A stretch of 64,000 nucleotides of DNA, from positions 1 through 64,000 of the forward strand of contig JBPGPT010000036.1 in NCBI GenBank assembly GCA_051047955.1. Reading direction: 5' to 3'. Below, one piece after another: positions 24,344 to 38,038 of the stretch. Source of the DNA: Cystobasidiomycetes sp. EMM_F5. Lineage: Eukaryota. The notes under the pieces are model-generated. The model had not been told where the DNA came from. It did not search any database and saw only the letters and a program-made list of their open reading frames with translations. Made by a program: the position numbers and the translations under genes. The first letter of the stretch is position 1. Every line of letters starts with the position of its first letter.

Positions 24344-25513
24344 TTACAGCAAGATACCAATAGCCAATAGCGTGATTAAGGCAGTTCCGACGCCAGCGGT
24401 AGCTTGTACCTGCGATGCACTGCTCGTAGACTGTGTCGGCACCGCGATGGACGTGCTGCTGCTTGCAGGAATGACAATCCCGACACTTGTACCACTGACA
24501 ATGATAGTCGTCGTCGATGAGCTACCAGACTCCATTGCGAAGGAGTCGACCGCAACGTCGCTCGCAACTCCCGGTATTTCCGAGGGTCCGTTCGACACAG
24601 AAGACGTAACAGAAGATGTAATAGAGGTTGAGATTGAGATTGGAGATACAGAAGATGTGGATGGGCTGTCTGAGGTAACCGCAAAGGGCGACGCTGAAGA
24701 AACGGAAGCAGTAGATGTAGACGCATCCGACATAGCAATGGAATCTGAGCTCGAGTTTTGGACATGGTGAGGGAGTGACAGTCCATCGGGGGTAAGGACA
24801 TTTCCAGAGTGCGATGTAGCATCAGCCGATTCCATCGGCTCAGCAAAAGTGGAGACCTCCGTTGCAGGGAGGTAGCCAACGTCGAATGGCAGGAATACCG
24901 GACGATTGACGAGCTTGCACTCCACGATTGCATCTGTTGTGATTACGCGAGAATTGATATACTGTATCAGCCCAGTCTTAAAATTCAAACAAGGGATGTT
25001 TTGCACTTACCGATGACGAAGCCTTGCAACCCTCTAATGTAGCCATCGTAGTATTCAGAATCGCATAGGGCACAGTCGATGAAGGCATCGAAAGTATTTA
25101 CGGTACATGTGCATGCACTTTTGTCTCCTCCGTCTCCCAGGCATGTCGACATGATGTCGTCGAACGGAGCGCATTCGCTGTCACATCGAGTCAGCTCATC
25201 ACTACCTCCATCATCTTTGTGAGCGTATTGCAGGAAACACTCACCAAGAACAGTCACCGTCCTCTGTACCGTCATAAAATGCGACATCCGACAGCTCGAG
25301 AATTGTCCCATCTGTCGGATCCAAGGCCGGCGAACGTGCAGCCAGTGCAACTTCCATATCCATCGTCCTATGCTCTAGATTTCTCTCGTCACTGTCGATA
25401 ATACTCCCGATTCGCCGTCGTACAGCTCGGTGATTATGATGGCCTGTGCTCGAGTGACCAGTTACTGCACTCGAAAAGAGGGCTGCGATTACGGCTTGTC
25501 GTTTGAGGAGCAT
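24344..25513 (-). CDS. Secreted 8-Cys GPI-type protein, paralog C
   Basis: Signal peptide; ARSPALDPTDGTILELSDVAFYDG; ECAPFDDIMSTC..ACTC..DCALC..VECKL; VLTPDGLSLP; Ser/Thr tail; hydrophobic end. Confidence 0.8.
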
Positions 25514-26446
25514 TGCATATATGCTTTGAACAGCTGAATGGTGATGCAGCCTGGTATTGTATGTATGATGTGTCGTTTCTCGTAAACTGACAGACTTTGA
25601 ACAGCTGAAGTCTCTACGTGTCCGTGTCTAGACGATCCAGTGCGCATCTCATCTGCAGTCTTGACAAATATCAGTGATGCCCAGCATCCATAAACAGCCT
25701 TTATCTCAGTATTCCATCAATTGGTTGAAACGGCAGTCTGTCAGCGTGATGGCCAGTGGATTCAAAAGCGAAGGGTCTGCTTTCGTCACTGAGAGGTGTT
25801 TGAATTGTGTGAAATAGCACCAATAGCACGTCCAGGATGACACTGCCATTGTTTCGGATCAGCTGCAGCTTCTCGCGTGTTTCGAGGTGTATTATAGCTC
25901 GTCTTGAAATGGCCGGATTATCGTGAATACGAAGACAGCCAAGCTGCACTGAAAGAAGTAATGCAGAGTATATCGTCGACCGTGAGCTGGGAGTGTCTTG
26001 CGAAAAAGCCATTGCAGTTCAGATCTAATTGGACTAGGTTGACGTCGAATATCGGAACCAGAGGAGCTTTCACATCCGAAAGCATTCCCGCTGTGCTGGC
26101 AGTGCTACATTATTGTGCTTTCATATAAATTCATGACTGTAGTATCGTGTTCTTCATCATTCGACATGTCCGATAGACAAAAAGGTCTGTGCGGGGATTG
26201 AATGACTTGCATCACTTTGATACAAATTGAAAGGATACTAATGTGTACTTTGCGAATGAATATTCATTATTGCACGCGATGAACCATGTTTAAATGAATA
26301 TCATTTCATGGCTATGTCTTTCGCACTACAGTCTGGCAGTGGTCGCTTCTTTCACTGACACCGGGTATCGATATTCGTTGCAACTGACGACGTTGCATCT
26401 GCTAATCTCAACTAACACCTCGAGTCCTCACCCCACCACATCCACC

Positions 26447-27730
26447 ATGCCGTCCCTCATTTCCATGCCCTCCGACATCAAGCTGCACATTGTTGAAATG
26501 CTCGAGCGCATTCAAGATGTGCTGATGCTGTGCATGACTCATTCGTCAATGGTACACGCTTGTCAATCACGCATGTTTCGTACTATCGAGGTGTGCAAGA
26601 GCACGAATGCCCAACTATCAGCTCGTCTATCGGACGGCGCACTCGCAAGGATACAGCATCATGTACTCCGCCTCCGCTTGAACTACAGCTATGTCGACTC
26701 GTCGTCAGTTCCCACCGCACTAAAAGCGGCAACGATGGACGCTTTCCTGACTTCACGCGACATACTGTTTGCGCAGTTGGTACAGTCACTCTCGCAGCTG
26801 AGGGCGATCACCATCGTTCTGCACCAGTTTGCACCCTTCTCGACCGCAGTCGTAGAATCAAAACTCGACCGAAGCTCTCTCATCCGACTCGCGCAACTCC
26901 TGCGTCTGGAGACCCTAAAGATCGTCCATATCACCTTCGGCTACACATCGAGCGCGACTTCGGATCAGCGCATATGGTCGGGAGCGATTTTGAAATGCTT
27001 TGTATCCAACCTGAGCTTATCTGGTATCACACATCTGGCCATGGCGAACTTGCACTTGGTAGGTTCGGACGATCGTATCGAGCAGCAACGACGCCTGCTG
27101 CATTCCCTGTTTGCGACTCTTGTCCATTTGGAAGGGCTAGTCTTGGACAATGTCGATCTTCCTACCACTTTCCTCGTGCAGAATCTACCAAAGTCGCTAC
27201 GCTCTTTGGAGATCCTAGATGATGGCCGCCACTATGACGCTTCCAACTTGTTGCAGCAGCTATCCACAAGTCAGCACCCCCTACATCATCTGCGGATAGC
27301 TGCATTTGACCGAACATTCGATAGCACCGATACCGAAGAGATCGTCTTACCGCATCTTAGGAGTCTCATTCTGCAACAACTCAGCTCAATGAGCAGCAGC
27401 GTCTCGCGATGGATAGGCAATGTGAATAGACTGATGCTTCGGCTGCGAGCTGTGCAACTCGCACACATACACTATCTGCAACCGCCTAAATTGCAGCGCT
27501 GGCTAGCTGGATTGCCAAACCAATGCGGCGAGTTGCTGGCAAATCTGAAGAGGTGCAGCGGCTTTCCGCAACTGCGCTCAGTCATGATTGTGGATAGTCG
27601 ACTTCAGCAGATAAGCCCTGCCATACCGAATTGGTACGACTGGCAGAGCACCACTTACTCTATCGAGTTTTGCGATACTGTGAGGTTACAGGACTGGCAG
27701 TTTGCCAAGATCTCCGCGCAGCTCAAATGA
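26447..27730 (+). CDS. Intronless F-box-like / degenerate LRR protein
   Basis: N-terminal LISMPSDIKLHIVEML..LMLCMTH..CQSRMFRTIEV (F-box-like); repeated LxxLxL segments; paralogous to the genes at 52.5-57.4 kb. Confidence 0.7.
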   Translation: MPSLISMPSDIKLHIVEMLERIQDVLMLCMTHSSMVHACQSRMFRTIEVCKSTNAQLSARLSDGALARIQHHVLRLRLNYSYVDSSSVPTALKAATMDAFLTSRDILFAQLVQSLSQLRAITIVLHQFAPFSTAVVESKLDRSSLIRLAQLLRLETLKIVHITFGYTSSATSDQRIWSGAILKCFVSNLSLSGITHLAMANLHLVGSDDRIEQQRRLLHSLFATLVHLEGLVLDNVDLPTTFLVQNLPKSLRSLEILDDGRHYDASNLLQQLSTSQHPLHHLRIAAFDRTFDSTDTEEIVLPHLRSLILQQLSSMSSSVSRWIGNVNRLMLRLRAVQLAHIHYLQPPKLQRWLAGLPNQCGELLANLKRCSGFPQLRSVMIVDSRLQQISPAIPNWYDWQSTTYSIEFCDTVRLQDWQFAKISAQLK

Positions 27731-27904
27731 CAGCCGTTCCAACGTGTAGCCTTAGCAAGTTAATCTCCTCTTTAATTTGAAAAGCAATTGAAGAGATTGT
27801 CTTTGTTGTATGGTCAAGGCGCCAAGATTGATCGCTAGCAACGAGGAAAAGCCTTGCAGACTGAGTGACTGATGAACTGAACGACTACTCCAACTTCCCC
27901 AATC

Positions 27905-30422
27905 TCATAGCATAACTAGGCCAACGCCCGATCCTTTCTCCGGTATGAATCCTCCAGACACTTGCCCAGCCGAAGTACTTCTCACTCCCGCGGCAGCAGC
28001 AGCAGGCTCGACGCAGCCTCCTGCTATAGGACGCGTCTGATAATTGTACAGGTAGAAGAAGAGGGTGCCATCGCCAGAACCGAATTTCTGGTCACTAAGA
28101 AAGAGGTTATTGTCCATAAGAGTAAGTGAATTGAAAACATCGAATTTTGCCTGTGTAGAGTGTACCAGTCAGTGTCGTGGGCAATTGACGAGCGAAAAAT
28201 CGAAGCTTACTCCGGCTGAGATGGACAGACAGTCTAGTACAAGCGCATTGAGACGCAATTTCAACTTTGATCGCTCTTCAGGAGATTCCTTCTCCCAGTT
28301 GACGACTGAGCTAGAGCTTTGTGAACTGCTTGTCGGCAAGAGGCTTTGGCAAGTCGGGCAATCTGCCGTCGCGTAGTAGAAGAGGTAGGCGGCTTGTATT
28401 GTCTGAGGGGGGTTCATGCGTATGGCAGTCGATGGCAGACTATAGAATGAGAAAAAGTCGGTGATTCGATGCGTGTCCGGGTCCTGACGGATTTCCGTCA
28501 GTGTAAATTCAGGTCGGGAACGGCCAAGCTTGCACTTACTTCTACCACATACGCCCATGTGACTTGCTGTTGACGATGACCATTTCTGGAATCTACGCTT
28601 CCGTGACCTCGACCACTCAAAAAGTTGTGTCTGACTTCTTCATCCGTCATAACAGGTGCTATATCGAAACGAGCAAGATAGGCTCTGAGGAGATCCGACA
28701 CTTGCCGCAAGTCGCGTTCTTCCATCTCCCTCAGACCCGGTATGGCCGTAGTGTCAGGCACCTTGTTCTTTACAATCATTCGAGCCAAAGTCGTGCTGCG
28801 AGGTACGCTTGAAAAGCCAGTCTCGACAAGCTTCTTCATATTGAGCGCGCGATGATAATACCTAAAGACGCAAACTTGAGTCCTGCACGGTTTGTATGCT
28901 CCGGCGATACGACTTACTGGCAGGCAGTGATGGGCGTGGGCAAATAAGACCCTACGGTATAGACTGCTTGGAAGACGCCAATCACGTTGCACCGACGTGT
29001 GACCTCTTTGATGAGCACAGGCGCAAGCCGTTTGCTACGAAGCTTCTTGTGAACGCAAAGATAGTTGATCTCGCTACATCGCTTCGTTCTGTCATTGACG
29101 TCAAGAGGTAAGCTTCAATCCGTACAAGAATGATTACACAACTCACGCATGCCGTATGCGTACGTCCATCGGAATTCCTGCTATAAATGCCACCAATCGT
29201 TTACTAGCGCTGACTCTTACGCCGACATGCCAGTCCTTGATGAATCCGGGCGGTTGCAAAGCCCTGAAGGTAGGCTTCAGCAGTCGATATGGGGCAGCAC
29301 AAGAAAGGTGACAAGGATTACCATTGGATAAACTCGGCTGAATAGTCGAAGCGGAATGTTGCGTCGACGTCTTCTACGTAATTGTTAGTCAGGAGCTCGT
29401 ACACTTCCTTGAGCTTGTAGGATCGTGGTGCTGTTAGTAATGACTTTCGAAATTCATAAGCGCAACACGCACTTGAACGGGATCTGCAAGATCCATTGTG
29501 CACCATTCAAAGTCTTTCGGCAGAGGATACGGTTCTTGACGGACTTCTGAGAGTGGCTTGTCCTTTTCAATGGGTCCATCGGGAGTGATTGTCGACACTG
29601 TAATGATCTGGTCTGAGCAAGCACTCTGAATGTAGAGGAAGACGTCGCTCACACGAGCCGATACGCGGGACTGGCTGTGTTGACCAGAACTGCGGAGACT
29701 GAGCGTTAGTTGGCGTTTCGGTGGTATTCATGTAGAAAACACACCTTGAAATCCGCCATGTCTCTGCACGCAGATTATCATCATTAGCCTCCATAGCTAC
29801 GACAGCTGAGCACCACCCACTTTTTGTTCTTGCCAGAGGCGTTTATGCCGGTCGATTTGCCAGACACGACGTCGCGCAGGTTGAGGGCTGCAAAGGCGCG
29901 CAAGTCAGCGAGCGCATCAAGTATACATCAGCGTATTTAGTCACCCTCGACCATCTCCTGTACGCTCTGTCTATCGAGCTTGGACACATCCTGACCATTG
30001 GCTGCAGCCTGTTGGCGAATCCTGCGAAACAGGTCATCGGATATTGGGGGAGCAGCCTTGTTGTGTGGGACGGTGTTAGTATCCGACGCTCCATCAACAC
30101 CTGGACCAGGATTATCGTCGTCGTCGTCGTTGTCTGCTGTTGTTTCGTTGACGCTGGTCGCAACATTATTACCATTATGGTTACTACTTTCACCGCTCTT
30201 TTTGGACGACGTAGCCAGTGCCTTGAGCTTGTCGAGCGCCGTCGACTTGCCCTTGGACTTCTTCTTCTTCTTTTTCCGACTATTACTCAATGTCGCAGCT
30301 CCACTTGCATCGTCGTTTGCGTCGCTATCGTCTGCAGCAGTCACTGATGCTTGAGCTGACGGCGTGTCTGCTATCACTATCGCCTGCTCGGATGGCCCAG
30401 CAGACGTGCTCGGGGCAGACAT
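27905..30422 (-). CDS. NMT1: Glycylpeptide N-myristoyltransferase
   Basis: [58 protein letters not shown]-terminal GVGLVML. Confidence 0.97.
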
Positions 30423-30484
30423 TGTCGACAGTCTAAAAGGACTTTGCGATTTACGATGAATATACGACAATTTCCACTCGAACC

Positions 30485-33359
30485 TCACTCATCGTCCTCC
30501 TCATCATCCTCTTCCTCGTCCTCCTCACTCCCATCCTCATCCACCTCATCATCAATGAAATCACTCTCATATCGGTCGAGGTCCTCGTCGTCTTCCTCGT
30601 CCTCTTCGTCTGAATTACCAGTCTTATTGGCACGGAGTCCATCTGGAAGACCCAGATCCTCGTCACTGCCTTCATTCTCGCTCTCCTCTGCCTCCAAGTC
30701 CAAGAATCCATTCTTTGTGGGCTTTTCCACCTTCACTGGTGGCTGAGCGGCTCTTGAAATCGCAGCTGCTTTGCTGTGCCTTGCCTTCGATCTAGGTTGC
30801 ATCGATTTTGATTGCTCCGGCTCACTTTCATCCTCCTCATCGTCAGATTCCGTGTCTTCGTCCGGCCGTTGCAGCACGATATCCTCAATCTCGCCATTCT
30901 CTTCGGCCGCCTCCACGTCCTCGTCATCACTTTCGGAATCGTCTTGCTCGTCATCATTAGCATCCTCCTCCTCTTGCTCCTCTTCCGAAGAACTCTCAGA
31001 CTGTCCTTCGACGTATCGATTCAGGGGTACTGTACTTGTTTTAGCACCCTTCTTCCCATTCCTTCCGTCTTGCTTTGGCTCATTCTCACGACGCCGCATT
31101 TCAATCTGCGTAGCCACTAAATCTAGACGGCCACTTAGTGCTAAAAGTTGAGCGTGACACGCAGTGCGGGCGTCCAACAAGGCCTGTAGCGGCGCCATCC
31201 GCTCCACGAGATATGGTACCTGCAAACATCAAAGCGTCAGAGTCTCATTGTCCAAGTATTTGATATGAGCCTTACTGTAAGTAAATAGCCAAGATGGAGT
31301 AGCATGACCGCTCTCAGCCATTCAACCAGTGTCTTTCCACGTCCGGGATCCAGTCGCGAAATACCACTGCTCGTTGACGTTGCGACCTTGTTTCGTGTAA
31401 GTCGGTCCGTAAGCGCCTCTACCAGAGGCAGTACCAGTTTTTCAGGGATCCGCTGGACGGTATTCCGTATGATAGTAGAATCTGTTTGCGATATTGAAGA
31501 CTCTAACAAACCCGTATCTCCTGAATGCAGCGCTTGAACGAGCGAGGCGGACAGGGAAGAAGCAGTGGCCATGACTTTGGCAGGTTTGATTCGCTTTTTC
31601 CCTTCTGCATCAAGCGTCTGCAACCCGTCTCCCGGAGCCTTTGAGCTATTCATCTCTATCGCTTTCACTCGCTCTGCAAGTGTCGGCTCTTCCGTCTGCG
31701 AAGTACTCCCTTTCATGGCGCTCTTGGCAGCCGCAGAGGGAACGACCGACGCCGCGCCAGACATCACCGCTGTCTGAGGCGTTTCGCGATATTGCGAACG
31801 AATAGACATATCGGCTGTGTTGTCTTGCGTCAAGAGACCAGATGAGGTTTTAGTTTCAGATAGGCGGATTTGCGAGCGGAAGCTTCCGTCGGCGTCTCGT
31901 ATTGACTAATGAACAGCATTCAGTCAGTTGTGTCTACGTGTCAGTGAGCGACATCACTTACCAGGCTTTCAAAGGCGGGCTTGACATAACCGCGTGATAC
32001 AAGAATAGTTCTATCGTCGAGAAAAGTGACATCCTTGACGGGCTCACTTGAAGCGGGCGAAGACAGTTTGGTATCTGGTGTTATAGTGGCGACCATACTG
32101 CGTCTCCGCTGCTTCTTGGGGTTGCCTTCCGGTTGTACCTTTGGTTTTAACACGTCTGACGTGATGTGCGCCAAGCTGACAGAGCCCGATGTCGAGACGG
32201 CCCCGAGAATGTCGACCTCGCTACTGAAAAATAGCTTGACGAGGTCGTCGTCTAGCCCGAGTGTACCAACAAGTCTGCCTTCCGAGGCTTCTTCTCCATC
32301 TGCCGAGTGTGTCGTCCAGATGTGGGCGAATCTGTCAGATTGGGCAATACTCGCAAAGCGGACTGAGGAAGTGGCTTCTTCGTTGTTGTCTGGTAGCCAC
32401 ACGACGTCGACAACTTCGGTAGCGTGTCCTGAGAACGTGGCGACCGACTTCAAGGCGTGCGTTGCAAGCTGAGATTGCTGGCTGAAGTGTATCGGCAGGG
32501 GACCTTCCAGTAATGAAATGCCATGTTGACCGACTAGGACTTGCAGAGTGTCCAGACTTGTGGACGACTTGGGTGACCCACGAGAGCTGCGCACCCTGAG
32601 CGCCGCACTGCCAGCAGCAGCACCTGTATACAAAGCTACGAGATGTCCTCGCTGGCCAGACAGGGTCGGTAGAGTCCACGCTGCTATCCGTCCATCGGCA
32701 AAGAGTGCAAAGAGGGTACTCGGAATACGCTCGCCGGTACTTGCGAGATAGCTCAGCGAGCGAATGGGCGTATGCGGAGCGGGTGCGCCCAATTTCTGCA
32801 AAACTGAAGATTCTGTCGGGTGGAGAATTATCACTGAGCCGTTTGACAATCCGACGGCGAGAGCGGGATAGGAGCCTGAGTTGGATGAGGAGGAGGAGGT
32901 GTCCAACCCATTCGCACTCGTTGACGCATCCACCATTGTTGAATCGCTCTTTCGACGTTTTTTGCTGCGACTGCCGTTCTTGCCGTCGTTCTTTTCCGCC
33001 TCGCTGCTCGCCGTCTTTACGTCCACCCACTCGATACTGGCTACCCGCTCATCGCTCTCGCTGCTCGCCCACCTGGCTGTACACTGTCCAGTTGAAATAT
33101 CGAAGATTCTGACCGTGTCGACGCTGATGGCCGCAGAGACTTGGGCGTAAAAGGCACTCGCCTGGTCAGACGTCGAGCTCCAGGCTGTGAGTGCTGATGA
33201 GCCATCAGCGAGTCCTGAAGAGCCAGCAGCCGTTCCAGCTTGTCGGGCAGTCAAATTTGAAGACGGCGGCTGCTGGTTTTTATCCGACGACGACGACGCT
33301 TTCGCAGATGAAGACTTGGATGGTTGCCCGTGCTGCTGCTTGGACTGCGACCGAGCCAT
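30485..33359 (-). CDS. UTP5: U3 snoRNA-associated protein Utp5/WDR43 (WD40 + Utp12 domain + acidic tail)
   Basis: WD-like repeats; SLVQALHSGDTGLLES..IIRNTVQRI..WLRAVMLLHLGYLLTVP; long Asp/Glu C-terminus. Confidence 0.85.
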
Positions 33360-33505
33360 GGTTTCAGAGTTGTTCTTTGTCGTCGTTTGGAGCAAAGAAG
33401 TCCGATAATCATTCCAAAATACAAGCAACTTGTCGACCACAACCTCTGTACGATTGGCTACATTCTCCCATTAAACTATGCTACATTCACACAGACACCC
33501 CCAGC

Positions 33506-35589
33506 TCAGGCAGTGTCCTTGCGCGCTTTTCCCGACCCGACGACCTTGCTAGCCCAACTGCTGTTGAAGTTGAAACGAGAGGTGGGCTTGGACGGCGCAG
33601 CTTCCGGCTTGTCGTTACGCTCTGTATGAGTCGTCGTGGAAGAGATGGCAGGGAAGGAGGACGGGGAGAGCACGCCAGGCGAAGGATTGCGATTATCAGC
33701 AGTCGGGCTGTTGACTGAGCCACGCCCAATCACACCTGCTTGAGGAGATGTATGCTGCATTCCTGCAGCCTGCTGGTTTTGTTGTTGTTGCACAAGCGAG
33801 CTACTCCGCTTTCGCATCCCGAGCGGGAGGAACGAACGAGACTGGACGTGCGATTGCGACGGAGGTGAAGCCTGTTGAGTATGGGATGTACTATTTGAAG
33901 GCTCATCGAAAGACCGTCGAGGCACAGCCACCCCATCATCAAGCGGGTTCAGACTCTGCAAGATCGAATATGCCGCTTGCGGCTGCTGCTGGTGGGAAGC
34001 CGGATGATTGTTACGATTCGGTAGACGAAGCGAAGATGCTCTGCCAGGCTGGCTCGCAATACCGGCAACTGCGGAGCCTTGATGAGCGAAAGGGAACCCG
34101 TGCATGCCGGAGCCGACGAGCGCATGGTGTCGACGCTGGTCATCGACCATACGCCGTACATCCGCTTCAAGGGTTGCCAACTGAATATTGTACATTGGCA
34201 AAAGTTCTCGTTCCAGCTTGAGCTTTCGAGCCAGGACGGTCTCTTCGGTGCTGTTTGCCTTGTCGAGGCGGGCTTTGAGCTCTGCAATCTCCGCCTCGTC
34301 CCTTTCCGAGGCGTCCTTTGCGTTACGCTCGGCTTGCTCCATGGTACTTCGTCTGCGATCCAGCCTTGAGGAATAAGCTTGCTCAGTCTCTTCCAGCTCG
34401 GCTATAGCTTCGTGAATGCTGCTCGTCTCGGCGTCCTCCTCCGCAGCAACTTCTCTCAGACGAGTCGTACTGTCTTCAAGCATGTGTATGCGTTGCCGTT
34501 GACGCTGATCTTCGCGTGTGAGCTTGTCGTTCTGTTTTCGCATAGCAGCGATGGATGAATGTAGGGCGTTCTCAGCCTGCTTTGTCGATAGACGCAGCTG
34601 CTCCAAGATTGTCCTCAGTTTGGCTTCAGCATCACGGCTTGCGTCGGCAGCTAGGCTAGGATCGTGAGATGAATACGGCGGAGGCGGTACGTCTGGCTCG
34701 TTGGCATTGTCTGTTGGCCTCGACCCGCTTGCTACAGTCTGTAAAGCCTCTTCCGCTTCTACAGTGTCTGACGTCTCATCGAGCTCATTGGCTTCTTCGT
34801 CTGTACGAAAGATTAGCACTGCGACTGCGAATGACCTCAATGTGCCCTACCGTCGTCCTGTTCATCCAGCACGCCCAGCTCTATCCGGTAATCAACTCCG
34901 GGTGACAGTCCCCAGACCAGAATACTGGATGCTGATGATGTGGGGCCTTCCTCGGCCGATGAATGTAATGGAGGTGTCGGTGATGTATGAGAATGCGCTT
35001 GACTTCTGCTTGACGAAGGCCCCGGGGTCGGGACTTCTGTTGCATCGTAAAACGAAGCGTCCGAATGGAAGACGTGAGGCCAGGCTGCCGAGTTGAGCTT
35101 GATGGATATGTTTGGCGGATTCTGTGACTGTCCGTGATATTGACCATCTCCAGCTGTGGTAGAAGAGCGTACATGGAGGTGTGATGGCTGCAGATTCTGA
35201 TTATTCGACGGGAAAGACTCGTCTGCTGGGCCAATGACGGCGAGCGAGACTGAAGTGGAAGAGACGTCGACGAGTTCCAGTTGCATACGCCGCCTGCTGG
35301 ATATTGATGAGTTCCGGGATGCTCGGTAAATGTAATCTCTCTGCCCAGACGTTGAAGGCAGTCTGGACTCATCGTCGAGGCTGTCCTCGTCGTCATCCTC
35401 CTCGTCGTCGATGCCAGCATTCCCATTCCCATTCCCAGCTTCCTCCTCGTCCTCGTCGTTTTCATCCGCATTGCCGTCCTCGAGGCTCCGGGGTCTCATC
35501 CACGGCCGGACAGAATGCCAGCGCGATGTTGCGCTCGTCCGCAGTCTCGAGCCTGACGACGTCGATGGCTGCGATAAAGCGGTGGACAT
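33506..35589 (-). CDS. FN3-like plus coiled-coil protein (possibly AcrB-like); start could be 35724
   Basis: ILVWGLSPGVDYRIELGV (FN3-like strands); intron ~34801-34850; long coiled coil containing EDQRQRQRIHMLED; low-complexity C-terminus. Family assignment is from recalled similarity only. Confidence 0.55.
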
Positions 35590-35756
35590 GGATTGGGCAG
35601 ATTGTGTCGAGTTGGAACGGAGGAAAAGGGATATCGGAAAGGAAAATGGACTTCTATGGGTTGATTTGACGCCAACTGACGAGTTCTGTGGTTTATAATA
35701 CTCGCTGACATTTACTAACTCCATGCGCTGAAAATTCGCTCATCGTTCATTCCAAC

Positions 35757-37441
35757 ATGTCCAAGATTCGTTCCAAGAATGATATCCGGCTGCGAGATAC
35801 TCTGACATTCCGGCGGCTAGTCACGTCCATCAAGGACATCTTCGTCTCCCCTCAGTACGCCTGGATAACTCAGTATGCCGTCCTGGCGGGCGAGGCAGTC
35901 CTCTGCATACTCATTATCCGGTCAATACGATGTGCGCCGAAAACCTTCGATATCGGAAGCTGATTTGCACAGAGCTCACATTGAATGTGCTGATCGTGAA
36001 ACTTTGTTTTGCTCCTTCTCCCAGTCACAAACATAGACTGGATCGCATACATGCAGCAAATCGACCTACATACTCAAGGCGAGCGAGACTACGTCAAGAT
36101 TCGAGGAGACACAGGACCCGTCGTGTCAGTAGCATGCTCCCACCGAGATTAGAGCTCATGTTGGGAATCTTTTACAGCTATCCCGCTGGCTTCATCTACG
36201 TCTACTCACTGCTGCATTGGCTGACCCACCACGGCAAGGACATACGGACGGCTCAATACATCTTCGCATTCTTGTATGTCGCAACGATGACCGTAGTCTT
36301 CCGTCTCTATCGCTACTCCCGCCAGGTGCGCCATTTTCGTGTTCCGCTAAGCGTCATCTAATACCCAGATGCTAGATTCCCCCGTACGCATACGCCTTGC
36401 TGTCGCTATCCAAGCGACTCCACTCTCTCTACATGCTGCGGCTCTTCAACGACTGCATTGCGATGTTTGTACTGTATATAGCCATTTGGTGTCTCTGTGC
36501 CCGCAAATGGACCGCAGGTTCGCTGCTTTTCAGGTAAGCCGCAAAAATGTGTTGTATTTTCACGCGCTAATCCTGTCTCATCGACAGTGCCGCAGTATCG
36601 GTCAAGATGAATATTCTGTTGTTCGCGCCGGCCCTTGGGTTTGTTCTTGCAGCGGCGCAAGGTCTTAAAGCAGCAGTGATCAATGGCATTGGCATGCTTG
36701 CATTTCAAGTAAATGTCGACGTCGAACACGGTGACGAACATGAGGAGGCTAACGACAGACGTCACTTAGATCCTTCTAGGGCTGCCGTTCTTGTTAGCAG
36801 AGCCCAAATCCTATCTCACGAAAGCTTTCGAATTCTCTCGCAAATTCCTTTACGAGTGGACAGTCAATTGGCGTTTCCTCCCGTTGGTCATCTTCGAATC
36901 GTCTCGATTCTCAATATTGCTGCTGGTTATGCATGCAGTGCTGCTCATTGTCGCCATCAATAAGTGGTCAATCCGATTCGGCGGGCTACAATCCTTCATT
37001 GCCAAATTACTACGTCAACCAGACCGGCCAGTCGCATTATCGCCACGCCTCATTACTCCGAGTTGTACGTTACTCAATTTGTAGAGCATGTCATACACTG
37101 ACACATCGCAGTCATTATCGCAACATTCGGTTGCTCCAACTTGATCGGGATGCTGTGTGCCCGCTCATTACACTATCAATTTTACGTCTGGGAGGCGCAC
37201 CAGCTCGTTTTCCTTGCGTGGAGCGCGCACATCCCTACGCCGGTTCGGTAAGACAGAGCCAATCAATAGTTATTTATGCCTTCGTTCCTGATAAATCTCG
37301 TGCAGGCTTGCGATCCTTGCCGGCATCGAGTTAGGGTGGGAAACCTTCCCATCGACTGCCGTGTCGTCACTTGCTCTGCTGCTCTCGCATGTTGCACTCG
37401 TTTGGGCATCGTTGACGCGTATCAATTGGCAAACCATATAA
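35757..37441 (+). CDS. ALG3: Dol-P-Man:Man5GlcNAc2-PP-Dol alpha-1,3-mannosyltransferase
   Basis: [63 protein letters not shown]. Confidence 0.95.
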
Positions 37442-38038
37442 ATTATTAAATTTCGTCGATGGACAAAACGTCATGCCAGCAGCTGAAGAAACAAGAACCC
37501 CTCATTAATCAGAGATCAAAGGCTAAAGCAGCAATGGAGCTGTTTGCTCAAGCACGTCTCACAATCAAATTTGCGTTCAGTATAATTCGACACACGCGCT
37601 GGTGGCAAATTCAGCAAGGACATGCCTTCGAGGCATGCAACCATAAACACTGTGGAAGTGCACGGATATTAATGCAAGGCATGCTGATGCTGTTTACTTA
37701 AAGTGACGCACGTCCACATTTGGGTGGCATCTTGGCCGAAAATATCACGCGTCTTGCGCGCCGATGGAAGCCAAATTTACTGGACCCCAATTGGCTAGCT
37801 TGTTTGTTTTGGCAGACGCAGCAGAGTAAACAATGCGGTTGGGGGAGTATCAACACATACACCGATATATACATCCGATAATTCACCTCCCGCCCATCCC
37901 AGCTGGCAGCAAGACGGCAAGGCACACAAGTCTGCCAAACCTGCTCCGCCTCGACTGTACACCTGACCTCTATACGCTGCACGCAAGACACACTCCTTGA
38001 AGATCTGTTTCAACCCTTTTCACTTCGACTCCTTCGCC

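Noticed and set aside
26138..26154. TGTAGTATCGTGTTCTT resembling the U2 snRNA branch-pairing region
   Set aside because: It has an inserted base and lacks the upstream U2 stem I/U6-pairing sequence and Sm site; probably a chance match.
30444..31151. Ser-rich plus-strand ORFs and TCC/TCA repeats
   Set aside because: Reverse complement of the Asp/Glu-rich Utp5 tail.
34801..34850. Apparent frameshift between ORFs 34837-35724 and 33506-34840
   Set aside because: Explained by a 50-nt GTAGGG..GCTAAT..CAG intron.
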